64,000 bases of DNA from an uncultured bacterium (GCA_963997925.1 CAXEOX010000004.1:1097-65096); one strand, 5' to 3'; shown: positions 1-10,235, counted from the first letter of the stretch. The notes: generated by a model not told the origin, from the letters alone. Translations and numbers: made by a program.

Positions 1-329
1 AGGGGCACTTCACCGCCGAACAACTTCGCCAGGAATTGCCGGAGGTGGGAAGGGCGACCATTTACCGATCCCTCAAACTCCTAGTTGACTCCGGAGCCCT
101 GTGCCGGGTCCTTTTGGAGGACGGCAACCTGCACTACCAGTTAAGCCATCAGGGGCACCACCACCATCTGCTGTGCGTCGAATGCGGAGCGTCTCAAGAC
201 CTGCTGGGGTGTGACATCGAAGACCTGCTCCACCAAGTCTCGGCGGCTCATAATTTCCAGCTTAGCGGCCACTGGCTGGAGGTCTATGGCCGGTGCTATG
301 ATTGCCAACCCCAGGCGGCCACGGTCTAG
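1..329 (+). CDS. Fur-family metalloregulator (Zur-like); 5' end lies outside the window
   Basis: The frame is open from base 3. The translation contains ATIYRSLKLLVDSG (winged-helix region) followed by HHHHLLCVECG...CYDC (two CxxC pairs). It lies directly upstream of a Znu-type operon. Stop is TAG at 327-329. Confidence 0.75.
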   Translation, partial: GHFTAEQLRQELPEVGRATIYRSLKLLVDSGALCRVLLEDGNLHYQLSHQGHHHHLLCVECGASQDLLGCDIEDLLHQVSAAHNFQLSGHWLEVYGRCYDCQPQAATV

Positions 330-343
330 TCTCTTTTTTACCC

Positions 344-383
344 CTAATTGATACTATATCTCAATAGGATTTCTAATTGATAC
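344..383 (+). promoter_or_regulatory. Two exact copies of CTAATTGATAC (344-354 and 373-383); candidate Zur/Fur operator half-sites
   Basis: An exact 11-bp direct repeat, 29 bp start to start, sits in the 95-bp AT-rich gap between the Fur-family gene and the metal-binding-protein gene. Confidence 0.35.
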
Positions 384-424
384 CAGGCATCGATAACAAC
401 TTAAGACTGGCCGGTCGTCAGCGC

Positions 425-1321
425 ATGATTGACTGGTTCAAAGAATTGCCGTCCAGCGGTGGCGCGCTGTTGGCTATGGCAATCTTGGCGGCAGTCACGG
501 TGGCGGGATGCGGCGGCGTGACAGCCGACACCCATAAGCCGTTGCGGGTCGTAACCACCACCGCCTTGCTGGCTGACCTTGCACAGAATGTAGCTGGAGA
601 CAGCACCAAAGTCGTTGCGCTGATACCCGCAGGCGCCGATGTCCACTCCTTCCAAACAACTCCCAACGACAGCATCGAGGTCAGCAAGGCCGGACTCATA
701 GTTTCCAATGGCGGCAGCTTGGACGATTTTCTAAACCCGATGATAGAGAATGCCATGAGCGACGGCACGGTCCACATTGTCGCCTCTCAAGGCTTAGCCG
801 CCCTCTCCGGCAGCCCGGACCCCCACTATTGGCAGAATCCAGCCAACGCGGTCCATTACGTTCGCCGCATCCAGGACGGCTTGTCCGCCGCCGATCCGGG
901 CAATGCGGAAGTATATCGAGACCGCGCCGACAAATATGCCCAGCGGTTGTTGGACTTGGACATTGAAATCAGCCGAATACTTGGTGAAGTGCCCCAGTCC
1001 CGAAGACATCTGGTGACCTATCACGACGCCTTCGGCCACTTTGGCGGCCGCTACGGATGGCGCACTTCGGCCCTAGTGAGCAACGACGCAGGCGGAGTCA
1101 CTCCCAATGCCATCACCCAGTTGCAGCAACAGGTACGTCAAGAGGGAATCACCGCAGTGTTTACCGAACCCCAATTCAGATCGAAAGTCATCGATCTAGC
1201 CGCCGAAGACACCGGCGTGGAGGTTGGGACCATTTACTCTGGCGTCTTGGACGGCAGAGCCGCCACCTACATCGGCATGATGCGCCTTAACGCAGAAAAC
1301 CTAGCAGCATTGCTTCGCTGA
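425..1321 (+). CDS. Metal (Zn/Mn) ABC transporter substrate-binding lipoprotein, ZnuA/TroA family
   Basis: The ORF opens at 377, but ATG 425 gives the signal peptide and lipobox LLAMAILAAVTVAGCGG. It contains the DPHYWQNP motif typical of cluster-9 binding proteins. Stop is TGA. Confidence 0.8.
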   Translation: MIDWFKELPSSGGALLAMAILAAVTVAGCGGVTADTHKPLRVVTTTALLADLAQNVAGDSTKVVALIPAGADVHSFQTTPNDSIEVSKAGLIVSNGGSLDDFLNPMIENAMSDGTVHIVASQGLAALSGSPDPHYWQNPANAVHYVRRIQDGLSAADPGNAEVYRDRADKYAQRLLDLDIEISRILGEVPQSRRHLVTYHDAFGHFGGRYGWRTSALVSNDAGGVTPNAITQLQQQVRQEGITAVFTEPQFRSKVIDLAAEDTGVEVGTIYSGVLDGRAATYIGMMRLNAENLAALLR

Positions 1322-1399
1322 CTGAAGCTTTCGCCACCAACTCCGCACCCCTCCCTCTTCAGAGGATATGGGCAGGCGTTGAAGGCGATGAGGATATAG

Positions 1400-2305
1400 A
1401 TGCAACCGGTAAAACCGTCCGAGATCCCCGGCCCCGATGACTCACATGATAGGACGAACGGGCACAGCCACGCTCAAAACGTTGTGAACGAACCCGGCAC
1501 GGCTGCAACGCCGGCCTTAACCATCGAAGGTCTATCGGTTAGATACAACGGCCATCCGGCGTTGGAAGACGTTACTCTCCGGGTATCGAAGGGCGACATC
1601 CTGGGCATAATCGGTCCCAACGGCGCTGGCAAGTCGACTCTTTTAAAGACCGTGCTCGGCCTTGTCCCAGCCTGGCAGGGCCGGATCCGGGTATTGGGAG
1701 AACCGGTTGCCAACAACCGCCGCCAGGTGGGCTACATGCCCCAGGTGGAACAGGTTGATTGGGACTTCCCGGTTACCGTCGGGGATGTCGCACTCATGGG
1801 CCGATACGCTCGGCGCGGACTCCTGCGGCGCACCACCAAAGAGGACCGGGAGGCGGCGGAAGACTCCCTGGTACGGGTTGGGATTTTGGACCTGCGCAAC
1901 CGGCTCATCGGCGAGTTGTCTGGCGGCCAGCGACGCCGAGTACTTCTAGCCAGGGCGTTGGCAAACCAACCGGACCTGTTGCTTCTGGACGAGCCGATGG
2001 CCGGCCTGGATGCCACGGCCCAGCACCAATTTCTGGACATCATCGACCGGCTACGCGAAGGTGGCGCCACTGTTGTCCTAAGCACTCATGACCTATCCTG
2101 CGTCTCGCAACGTTGCGACAAAGCCGCCTGCTTGAACCGGCGTTTGGTGGCCTACGGCACGCCCGAAGAAGTCTTGAACGAAGATGTCCTTGGTGAGACC
2201 TTCGGAACCCACCTCTTGCTGGTGCACGTTGACGGCCAGGCTTACGCCTATCAGCATCATTCCCACGCTCCCCCTTCCGATATCGGCGACTCCGGGGGCA
2301 AGTGA
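1400..2305 (+). CDS. Metal ABC transporter ATP-binding protein (ZnuC-like)
   Basis: Walker A GPNGAGKST, signature LSGGQRRR and Walker B LLLLDEP are all present. His-rich N- and C-terminal tails. Confidence 0.85.
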   Translation: MQPVKPSEIPGPDDSHDRTNGHSHAQNVVNEPGTAATPALTIEGLSVRYNGHPALEDVTLRVSKGDILGIIGPNGAGKSTLLKTVLGLVPAWQGRIRVLGEPVANNRRQVGYMPQVEQVDWDFPVTVGDVALMGRYARRGLLRRTTKEDREAAEDSLVRVGILDLRNRLIGELSGGQRRRVLLARALANQPDLLLLDEPMAGLDATAQHQFLDIIDRLREGGATVVLSTHDLSCVSQRCDKAACLNRRLVAYGTPEEVLNEDVLGETFGTHLLLVHVDGQAYAYQHHSHAPPSDIGDSGGK

Positions 2306-2438
2306 TGCGGTCCGCTCTATATGCCTCCAACCTGATTCACCTCGCCGGGTCGTTTGACAGGCTCAGGACGAACGGGGAGGGGTTCCGATTCTCGCTGGCT
2401 CTTGGCATGCTTCGCGTTAGTAAGGGAATCAACCCGCT

Positions 2439-3305
2439 TTGATCGACGTCTTGATTGAGCCCCTGGAATTCCCTTTCATGCAGCGGGCATTTCTTGCCGC
2501 CGGGTTCGCTGCGGTGGTCTGTGCGTTGGTGGGGAGCTTCGTCGTCCTGAAGGGTCTGGCGTTCATGGGAGATGCCGTCGCTCATTCGTCGTTGGCCGGT
2601 ATGTCGGTGGCGTATTTTCTTGGCGGCAACATCTTCTGGGGAGCCTTGGGTTGGGCCATCCCGGCGTCCTTACTCATCACCTTCATCAGCCGCCGGGCCA
2701 ACCTTCGCCTTGACGCATCCATCGGGATTATTTTTGCCAGCGGTTTTGCCCTGGGAATCATCCTGATGAGCCGGGTCACCGGCTATGCGGCCGACCTCTT
2801 CGGTCTCCTCTTCGGCAACGTACTTGGGATATCCTGGGCCGAGGTCGCGCTGATCGGGGGCATCGCCGCCGCTGTGTCCCTTGTGATAGCCGCCTTTTAC
2901 AAAGAGCTGTTGTTCACGTCCTACGACGCCACCATGTCAGCTGCGTCAGGAATCCCTGTGCGGTTCATGCAATACTTGCTGCCGGTGTTGGTGGGAGTCA
3001 CAACCGTGGCATCGCTAAAAGCGGTTGGCATCGTCCTGGTGCTGGCGCTGCTGGTCACACCCTCGGCTACCGCCATGCTCCTGGCCCGCCGGATGCCCTC
3101 AATCATGGCCTACAGCGTCGCCGTGGGCCTCATAGCCACCGTCTTGGGCCTGTACCTGTCTTTCTACGCCGATCTACCGTCAGGCCCCAGCATCGTCCTG
3201 GTCGCCACCGGGTTGTTCCTGCTGGCATTACTATTCTCCCCCATTAAGGGTATCCTTTGGCGGCGGAACAACTTATCGTCTCCGTCTCAAGAAGCAACCG
3301 GCTAA
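2439..3305 (+). CDS. Metal ABC transporter permease (ZnuB-like, ABC-3 family)
   Basis: 288-aa polytopic hydrophobic protein with a TTG start. It follows the ZnuA/ZnuC-like genes. Confidence 0.8.
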   Translation: MIDVLIEPLEFPFMQRAFLAAGFAAVVCALVGSFVVLKGLAFMGDAVAHSSLAGMSVAYFLGGNIFWGALGWAIPASLLITFISRRANLRLDASIGIIFASGFALGIILMSRVTGYAADLFGLLFGNVLGISWAEVALIGGIAAAVSLVIAAFYKELLFTSYDATMSAASGIPVRFMQYLLPVLVGVTTVASLKAVGIVLVLALLVTPSATAMLLARRMPSIMAYSVAVGLIATVLGLYLSFYADLPSGPSIVLVATGLFLLALLFSPIKGILWRRNNLSSPSQEATG

Positions 3306-3377
3306 GCCCAACGCCAGGCTGCTTCGGTGGTAGAATCTAGGCACCGGCCCGATACTGAACCTAGGACTGAATAGAAT

Positions 3378-4226
3378 ATGTACGACCTGAGCGGAAAAGT
3401 AGCTATCGTCACGGGAGCTGGTGGACGTCACGGCATCGGCCGGGCCATCGCTCTGCGCCTGGCCGAAGAGGGCGCGGACGTAGTTGTAACCGACATCCAG
3501 CGCAGCACCGACGCCATGCGGCCCGAGGACCGCCAGGCAGGGTGGCAGGGGCTGGACAGCGTGGTCAGCGAGATTGAAGCCTTGGGACGTCAGTCGATGG
3601 GTTTGTTTTCCGACGTTTCGGACCGCGCTCAAGTCGCCGACATGGTCTCCCAGACCTTGGACCGGTTCGGTCACATCGACATTCTGGTGAACAACGCGGG
3701 ATCCCAGCCGGGCCGGGATCGAGTACTGCTGGTGGACTTGGAAGAAGACGCTTTCGACGAAGTCATGCGGGTCAACGTCAAAGGCACTTATCTGTGCTCC
3801 CGTGCCGTAGCGACTCACATGATAGAGCGAGGTGGCGGCGGCAAGATTGTCATCATATCCTCTGGAGCGGGGAAGCGGGGCCGGGCGCGGTTCGCCGCCT
3901 ACTGCTCGTCCAAATTCGCCCTCATCGGCTTCACCCAGTCCATCGCCCAGGAATTGGCCGAGTACAAGATAAACGTCAATGCCATCTGCCCCGGCCTGGT
4001 CGACACCGAGCGGGCGGACTTTATCGCCGCCGCCTTGGCGCCTGAAGGCCAGTCTGCCGAAGAACACCGGGTCTTGATGCTTCGGGAGCGGTCCGAGTCC
4101 GTGCCGCTGGGCAGAGTGGCCGACGGCGACGATATCGCCCGCACAGCAGCTTTCCTTGCCTCTGCCGAGTCCGATTACCTCACCGGTCTTTCCATCAGCG
4201 TTTCCGGTGGGTCCGAGATGAACTAG
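3378..4226 (+). CDS. SDR-family oxidoreductase
   Basis: N-terminal TGAGGRHGIGRAIA Rossmann motif, NNAG, and catalytic YCSSK (YxxxK). Confidence 0.8.
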   Translation: MYDLSGKVAIVTGAGGRHGIGRAIALRLAEEGADVVVTDIQRSTDAMRPEDRQAGWQGLDSVVSEIEALGRQSMGLFSDVSDRAQVADMVSQTLDRFGHIDILVNNAGSQPGRDRVLLVDLEEDAFDEVMRVNVKGTYLCSRAVATHMIERGGGGKIVIISSGAGKRGRARFAAYCSSKFALIGFTQSIAQELAEYKINVNAICPGLVDTERADFIAAALAPEGQSAEEHRVLMLRERSESVPLGRVADGDDIARTAAFLASAESDYLTGLSISVSGGSEMN

Positions 4227-4269
4227 CCCTGCCTTATCAACGATTTCATCATCCCTAGAGGATTTTTGC

Positions 4270-4560
4270 ATGTCCCTTGAACACGCCCAGGTTGAACAGA
4301 TAGCGCTCCTGGCCAGGATCAGCTTGACCCCTGAAGAAGTCGAATTGTTCCAGGGCCAGCTTTCCCAACTACTGGAACAATTCCAGGTGCTCAGCGAACT
4401 GGACACCACCGATGTCCCGCCCACAGGTCACGCCGTAGACCTACAAGCCGTCATGCGTGACGACGATGACGAAGACTCTTTGGATCCGGAAGATGTGCTG
4501 CGCAACGCGCCTAACCCTGAAGGCGAGTATTTCCGGGTCAAGGCGGTTCTGGAGGAATAG
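4270..4560 (+). CDS. gatC: Asp/Glu-tRNA amidotransferase subunit C
   Basis: 96 aa with ARISLTPEE...FQ.L..LDT..V.P, typical of GatC. It sits immediately upstream of gatA. AGAGGA RBS. Confidence 0.85.
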   Translation: MSLEHAQVEQIALLARISLTPEEVELFQGQLSQLLEQFQVLSELDTTDVPPTGHAVDLQAVMRDDDDEDSLDPEDVLRNAPNPEGEYFRVKAVLEE

Positions 4561-4565
4561 ACTCT

Positions 4566-6059
4566 ATGGCCGCAGAAGAAATGACAACGATACATGAAGC
4601 CGCGGAAAAGCTGGCTCAACGGGAGATTTCCTCCGTTGAGCTTACCCGCGCGCACTTGGAACGCATCGACAAATTGGAGGAGCGGGTTAAGTCGTTCATC
4701 ACCGTGACGTCCGAGTTGGCGCTCAAGCAGGCCGAACAAGCCGATCAACGTATCGCTGCAGGTGAAGCCGGGCCGTTGACGGGGATACCCATGCAGATGA
4801 AAGACGTCATCTCCACCAAGGGTGTCACAACGACCTGTGCGTCTCGAATGCTCGAGAATTATGTGCCGGTCTACGACGCCACGGTGGCCGAGAGATTGCT
4901 GTTCCAGGGCGCCGTTCTGCTGGGCAAGGGCAACATGGACGAGTACGCCATGGGTTCTTCCTGCGAAAACTCGGCCTTCTTCCCTACTCGGAATCCCTGG
5001 GATCTGGAACGGGTTCCCGGCGGCAGTAGCGGAGGAGGAGCGGCAGCGGTTGCCGCTGGCGAGGCAGTCTACGCCCTGGGTTCGGACACCGGCGGAAGCG
5101 TTCGCCAGCCGGCGTCCCTCTGTGGAGTGGTGGGTCTGAAGCCCACCTATGGCATGGTTAGCCGCTATGGTCTGGTGGCTTACGCCTCGTCGCTGGACCA
5201 GATCGGTCCCATCACCCGGGACGTCACCGACTGCGCCCTGGTTTTGAACGCCATCGTGGGGCACGACCCCAAGGACTCCACATCCCTACGCCAACCAGCC
5301 GTGGACTACAGGTTAAGTCTCGAAGAGTATGCCGTCTCGTCCCCCCTTGCGAAGGGGGGAGCACAGGGGGGTCCGTTCCGCCTGGGAGTGCCCGAAGAGT
5401 ATTTCGTCGACGGCATGCAGGACGGCGTCCGTGAGTCGGTGCAGGCAGCCATCAAGACCTTGGAGGGTCTGGGAGCATGGGTGGAGCCGGTCTCTTTGCC
5501 CACCACCCGGTATGCATTGGCTTGCTACTACATCATCGCCCCGTCCGAATGCTCGGCCAACCTGGCCCGCTACGACGGGGTCAAGTACGGCTTCTCGTAT
5601 CAGGATACCGATAACATGTGGGAGGCGATGGAGCGGACCCGCGCCGGCGGATTTGGCCCCGAGGTGAAACGCCGGGTGATCCTGGGAGCTTATGCGTTGT
5701 CCGCCGGGTACTACGATGCCTATTATCTTAAGGCCCAGCAGGCCAGGACCCTGATCCGCCGGGACTTCGACCGGGTATTCGAGCAGGTTGACGCTCTGGT
5801 CACTCCCACTTCGCCTGTCGTAGCCTTCCGATTGGGAGAGAAGATCGACGACCCGGTGGAGATGTACCTGATAGATGTTTGCACCGTGCCCGCCAACATC
5901 GCCGGGCTGCCTGGAATCTCAGTGCCCTGCGGCTTCTCTGAGGGACTTCCCGTGGGCATGCAAATCGTCGGGCCACATCTCTCCGAACAAAGGCTGCTGA
6001 ACATCGCCTACGCCTACGAACAGGCCACCCAATGGCACACGGAGAGGCCGACGCTCTAA
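4566..6059 (+). CDS. gatA: Asp/Glu-tRNA amidotransferase subunit A
   Basis: 497 aa with the amidase signature GGSSGGGAAAVAAG...GSDTGGSVRQPA. Confidence 0.9.
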   Translation: MAAEEMTTIHEAAEKLAQREISSVELTRAHLERIDKLEERVKSFITVTSELALKQAEQADQRIAAGEAGPLTGIPMQMKDVISTKGVTTTCASRMLENYVPVYDATVAERLLFQGAVLLGKGNMDEYAMGSSCENSAFFPTRNPWDLERVPGGSSGGGAAAVAAGEAVYALGSDTGGSVRQPASLCGVVGLKPTYGMVSRYGLVAYASSLDQIGPITRDVTDCALVLNAIVGHDPKDSTSLRQPAVDYRLSLEEYAVSSPLAKGGAQGGPFRLGVPEEYFVDGMQDGVRESVQAAIKTLEGLGAWVEPVSLPTTRYALACYYIIAPSECSANLARYDGVKYGFSYQDTDNMWEAMERTRAGGFGPEVKRRVILGAYALSAGYYDAYYLKAQQARTLIRRDFDRVFEQVDALVTPTSPVVAFRLGEKIDDPVEMYLIDVCTVPANIAGLPGISVPCGFSEGLPVGMQIVGPHLSEQRLLNIAYAYEQATQWHTERPTL

Positions 6060-6113
6060 TCCCTTCCAACACACCTTCCCCAATGCTAGAATTGGTCCCA
6101 GGAGATAGGGCCG

Positions 6114-7499
6114 ATGCAGCGCAGTAAAATCCGTGAACTTCTAGGCCGCGAAAGCGCCGGAGACGACGTCTTGGTGCAAGGCTGGGTTAAGACTCGGCGT
6201 TCGTCAAAGGCCGTTTCCTTCGTCCAGATCAGCGACGGCTCAACATTAACGGACATCCAGGTAGTCGCTGATGAGTCACTACCCAACTTCCAGGCCGTCG
6301 AAGCCCTGACCACCGGTTGTAGCGTCAGCGTCGTCGGGACGCTTGTCGATTCTCCCGGCAAAGGCCAGAAGTACGAAATTCACGCCAAGTCGATAGAAAT
6401 CGTCGGCGAGTCCGACCCGGATACCTATCCCCTTCAGAAAAAACGCCACACCGTAGAGTTCTTGCGAGATATCGCCCACCTGAGACCACGGACCAACACC
6501 TTTGGCGCTATGGCCCGGGTCCGAAACGCCCTTGCTTATGCGATACACGGCTTTTTCCAAGAGAAGGGGTTCCTGTTCCTCCAAGCGCCCATGATAACGA
6601 CCAGCGACGCCGAAGGCGCTGGAGCCATGTTCCGGGTAACAACCCTGGACCTGGAAAAAGTGCCGATGAAAGACGGATCGGTCGATGTCGAAGAGGACTT
6701 CTTCGGCAAGCCCACCTTCCTGACCGTCAGCGGCCAGTTGGAGGCGGAGAGCTTCGCCTTGGCCCTTTCGGATGTCTACACATTCGGACCCACTTTTAGG
6801 GCCGAGAATTCCAACACATCGCGGCATCTGGCCGAGTTTTGGATGGTGGAGCCTGAAGTTGCGTTCTGCGACCTGGACGGGCTGGCTGATTTGTCCGAGG
6901 AGTTCCTGAAGCACGTCTTCACGTACGTGCTGAATCATTGCCAGGAGGACTTGGGGTTCTTCAATCAGTGGTACGACAAGACCGCCATCTCCACCCTGGA
7001 GGGAATCGTTAACTCCAACTTCGAACGGCTGACGTACACCGAAGCCGTGGATATCTTGCAAGCATCCGGGGAATCCTTCGAATTCCCGGTGGTGTGGGGT
7101 TCCGACCTGCAGTCGGAGCACGAGCGGTATCTGGCGGAGACCAAGGTGGGGAAGCCGGTCATCGTGACTGACTACCCCAAGGAAATCAAAGCTTTCTACA
7201 TGCGCATGAACGAGGACGAGAAAACCGTCCGCGCGCTGGACGTCTTGGTGCCCCGCATCGGCGAGATTATCGGCGGCAGCCAACGGGAAGAACGCCGGGA
7301 CGTTTTGTTGGAACGCATGCGCCAGTCCGGTTTGGACGAAAAGCATTACTGGTGGTACCTGGACCTTCGCAGCTACGGAACAGTCCCTCACGCAGGATTC
7401 GGCCTGGGATTCGAGCGCACGGTGCAATTCGTTACCGGGGTGGCAAATATCAGGGACGTGATGCCCTTCCCTCGAACCCCCAACAACGCCGAATTCTAG
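6114..7499 (+). CDS. asnS: Asparagine--tRNA ligase
   Basis: 461-aa class IIb aaRS. It contains [21 protein letters not shown] and a C-terminal [10 protein letters not shown]...PFPR. AGGAGA RBS. Confidence 0.9.
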   Translation: MQRSKIRELLGRESAGDDVLVQGWVKTRRSSKAVSFVQISDGSTLTDIQVVADESLPNFQAVEALTTGCSVSVVGTLVDSPGKGQKYEIHAKSIEIVGESDPDTYPLQKKRHTVEFLRDIAHLRPRTNTFGAMARVRNALAYAIHGFFQEKGFLFLQAPMITTSDAEGAGAMFRVTTLDLEKVPMKDGSVDVEEDFFGKPTFLTVSGQLEAESFALALSDVYTFGPTFRAENSNTSRHLAEFWMVEPEVAFCDLDGLADLSEEFLKHVFTYVLNHCQEDLGFFNQWYDKTAISTLEGIVNSNFERLTYTEAVDILQASGESFEFPVVWGSDLQSEHERYLAETKVGKPVIVTDYPKEIKAFYMRMNEDEKTVRALDVLVPRIGEIIGGSQREERRDVLLERMRQSGLDEKHYWWYLDLRSYGTVPHAGFGLGFERTVQFVTGVANIRDVMPFPRTPNNAEF

Positions 7500-7526
7500 G
7501 CCCGGTCCAGGCTGACAGAGAACGCA

Positions 7527-8852
7527 TTGCCCGACCGCCCGTCGTCCCAATCCCGTCCCGGTAAGGAAACGCCCGACGCCCAAACTATGGCGTCGGCATT
7601 CGGCCCGGACAGTCCAGTGTTTCTCCAGACATATCCCGAGTTGCTGTCCCTATTTCAGTACGTGAAGGACGTTCCGGAAGTCTCGCTTCGGTTCCGTCTG
7701 TGGGGTACATACCGGCCCAGCGGTAGCGGCGCCCCGGAAGACGATGAAGCCAATTTCATCAGAGAAACCTACTTGGCTCTGTTGGCCCGCTTGGTGGCTC
7801 GTCTCTTTCTGGACGGTAGTCCCCTTCCCAGCGACGCGGAAGAATTAACGAAGATACTGGATGGCGAGTTCTTCCAAGAGCGGTACATCACCAACTTCAT
7901 CGAGGAAGACTTCTTCACCTGGCTGCTCTGCCCCCCAGTTCTCGACCAAGGCCTCGCCTTGATGGTAACCCTCGCCGACTCCTTGTCCATCTACAACCTT
8001 GGTGGCTGCGAATCTAATGTGCTCTTGGACCTGTATAAGCGATTCATGGCAGCACCTTCGGAGGACGATTCCGGCATAATTCCCGTTCCCGGGTGGCTGG
8101 CCGGATATGTGTTAAGCGAAGAGACGGAATCGCCCGTCGACCCTAACCACAGCGTCTTAGATCCCTGCTGTGGGTCGGGAGAGTTTCTGGCAAGAGCTGT
8201 CCGCACCATAAAGCATGGTCTGCTCGAGCGGGGTGAGGACGCATTCGACACATTGCTTCTCATCCTGGACCAAGTGCAAGGGATGGACACCCAACCGCTG
8301 GCGGTGACTATCGCCCGCACGAGTTATCTGCTGGCCCTGGGAGATCTGGTCCAAGACTTCCATCCGCCGGTGCTTTTGCCGGTGTACCTGTCCGGTACGT
8401 CTACTCCTCCGATGCGCGAACCGAACCCGGAACTCGGCAATGCCGAACCTGTGTACGAGTTCAGCGGCAGCGAATCCGGCGAGGTTTTCCACATCCCGGA
8501 AAACGTCGCCCTTAGCCCGGTGATGCTTGACTGGCTGTTCGACCGGTACCCCAACTACCTGAAGGGGGCCCATCTCCGCACCCGTGGCGAGGATCCGGAG
8601 GACGCAATCCAAGCGGTCCTGGTGGCCCTTTTCAACTACCTGGCCGCTCCCAAGCCCAGAACCCCGATACCCGAGCCTCTCAGCTCCTTCGCCACCGGCG
8701 TGATGATAGAAACCGCCGAATCCTTGATCCGCCTCTACCTAAATCAGCCAACCACCATCTGGCTGCACATCTTGAAGAACGCGCCTGCTCCGGTGCACCT
8801 GGCCCAGCGGAGGTTCGATCTGGTGGTAAGTAGATTTCTCCGGAATGCCTAG
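7527..8852 (+). CDS. N6-adenine DNA-methyltransferase-like protein (type IIG/PglX-like N-terminal half), ending at the motif IV position
   Basis: SAM motif I VLDPCCGSGEFL is present. Upstream DLYKRF...GIIPVP stands where D.LG.iYE...G.YYTP is expected. The protein ends ...RRFDLVVSRFLRNA* where FDxVxGNPPY would be expected, and I found no NPPY/F anywhere. The start (TTG 7527 or ATG 7587) is uncertain. Confidence 0.5.
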   Translation: MPDRPSSQSRPGKETPDAQTMASAFGPDSPVFLQTYPELLSLFQYVKDVPEVSLRFRLWGTYRPSGSGAPEDDEANFIRETYLALLARLVARLFLDGSPLPSDAEELTKILDGEFFQERYITNFIEEDFFTWLLCPPVLDQGLALMVTLADSLSIYNLGGCESNVLLDLYKRFMAAPSEDDSGIIPVPGWLAGYVLSEETESPVDPNHSVLDPCCGSGEFLARAVRTIKHGLLERGEDAFDTLLLILDQVQGMDTQPLAVTIARTSYLLALGDLVQDFHPPVLLPVYLSGTSTPPMREPNPELGNAEPVYEFSGSESGEVFHIPENVALSPVMLDWLFDRYPNYLKGAHLRTRGEDPEDAIQAVLVALFNYLAAPKPRTPIPEPLSSFATGVMIETAESLIRLYLNQPTTIWLHILKNAPAPVHLAQRRFDLVVSRFLRNA

Positions 8853-8955
8853 ACTGCCCCAGACGTTGTTGACGCTCAATCTCCGCTCCGAATATAATGA
8901 GGCCGATTCCCCAGACCCATACCCCCGGAACACGACTGCCTGAAAAGGAGACTAG

Positions 8956-9462
8956 ATGACCACCCAAGAAACCGTGCTGCATCCTGCGGCAATCATCGAA
9001 GAATTGAAGAAGAACAACTTCACCCACGTGGTGTGGCTGCCCGACAGCGAGACCAATTTCATGTATCAACTGCTGACCAACGAACCGACATTGGACCTTG
9101 TCCCGGTATGCCGGGAAGGCGAAACCATGGCGATCGCCGCCGGTCTCTGGGTGGGCGGGATGAAGCCGGTGGTTCTGATCCAAAACACCGGTATCTTCGA
9201 ATCCGGTGACTCCATCCGCGGCCTGGGGTTGGATATCAATCAGCCCTTGGTCATGCTGGTAGGCTATCGTGGTTGGAGCCGCCACGGCATCACCACCGAT
9301 TCAGCGGCTCGATTCATCGAGCACATCCTCCATGCCTGGGGCATCAGTTACTACTTGATAGAGACCGACGATGACGCCGGACGCATCACTTCCGCCTTGG
9401 AAGAAGCGGAGCGTACGAACAAGCCCGTGGCCGTCCTGGTAGGCACCGAGTTCGGGGCATAG
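8956..9462 (+). CDS. TPP-dependent decarboxylase alpha subunit (sulfopyruvate/phosphonopyruvate decarboxylase ComD-like)
   Basis: 168 aa with a TPP pyrimidine-binding N-domain pattern (VWLPDSE...VCREGE...). AAGGAG RBS. It is paired with a beta subunit 27 nt downstream. Confidence 0.7.
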   Translation: MTTQETVLHPAAIIEELKKNNFTHVVWLPDSETNFMYQLLTNEPTLDLVPVCREGETMAIAAGLWVGGMKPVVLIQNTGIFESGDSIRGLGLDINQPLVMLVGYRGWSRHGITTDSAARFIEHILHAWGISYYLIETDDDAGRITSALEEAERTNKPVAVLVGTEFGA

Positions 9463-9488
9463 TCAACGTCGAAGGAGAATAACTAACA

Positions 9489-10079
9489 ATGATAGGCAAT
9501 ACCGATGCGGTAAAAGTTCTGGATAGCAAGCGCGGGAACTCGGTTTTCGTAGCGACCATGAACGCCAACAACGTAGGCTTCGGCCTGCCCAGCATAAGCT
9601 CCAATGATGCTTTAGATTTCCCCATATCCGGGGCGATGAGCAAAGCTTCGTCAGTGGGTTTGGGTTTAGCCCTTGCCCAACCAGACCGCAAGATCATGGT
9701 TCTGGATGGCGATGGCAGCCTGCTGATGAACCTGGGGACTCTGGTCACTCTATCCAACAAAGCCCCCAAGAACATGTACCATTTCCTGTTCAATAACGGG
9801 GTGTATGCGGTCACCGGTGGTCAGCCGATCCCGGGAGCCGGCAAGGTTGACTGGGAGGACATGGCCAAGGGCGCAGGGTACGCCGCCGTCTTCTCCTTCG
9901 ATAATTTGGAAGACCTTACCACGGGCATCGATGCGGTTCTGGCCTCGGAGGGCCCCGTGTTTATCCACCTCGAAATCACGCCTGAGGTAGAAGAAACTCC
10001 GGTGGCATTCCGGCCTCGTCCTCGACGGTCGGTTCAGACTGCGTTCCGGGAGTTACCGGAAGCCTTGGCCAAAGGATAG
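9489..10079 (+). CDS. TPP-dependent decarboxylase beta subunit (ComE-like)
   Basis: 196 aa with the TPP-Mg motif LDGDGSLLMNLGTL...FNNG (GDG-x(n)-NN). AAGGAG RBS. Confidence 0.7.
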   Translation: MIGNTDAVKVLDSKRGNSVFVATMNANNVGFGLPSISSNDALDFPISGAMSKASSVGLGLALAQPDRKIMVLDGDGSLLMNLGTLVTLSNKAPKNMYHFLFNNGVYAVTGGQPIPGAGKVDWEDMAKGAGYAAVFSFDNLEDLTTGIDAVLASEGPVFIHLEITPEVEETPVAFRPRPRRSVQTAFRELPEALAKG

Positions 10080-10235
10080 GTCGATTCCCTACGACCGGCG
10101 CAACCCGTCATTCATTTCCCGGTGGCCGGTCGGCATTAGAACGAAACGAGGTGATGGCTTGGTCGTCGCCTCGTTTGTTGTTATGGAAACTCCATCGTTG
10201 CCGGTGATTTCGATTTCCCAACTTAAGGCCCGTAG

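Noticed and set aside
3273-4424. Many long ORFs lie antisense to or overlapping annotated genes (for example 3273-4424, 4428-5264, 6279-7583, 27554-28450, 15670-16512, 59775-60386).
   Set aside because: They lie opposite or out of frame to genes with clear family signatures. They are rich in R/G/P/A, as expected for shadow frames in GC-rich DNA, and show no recognisable motifs.
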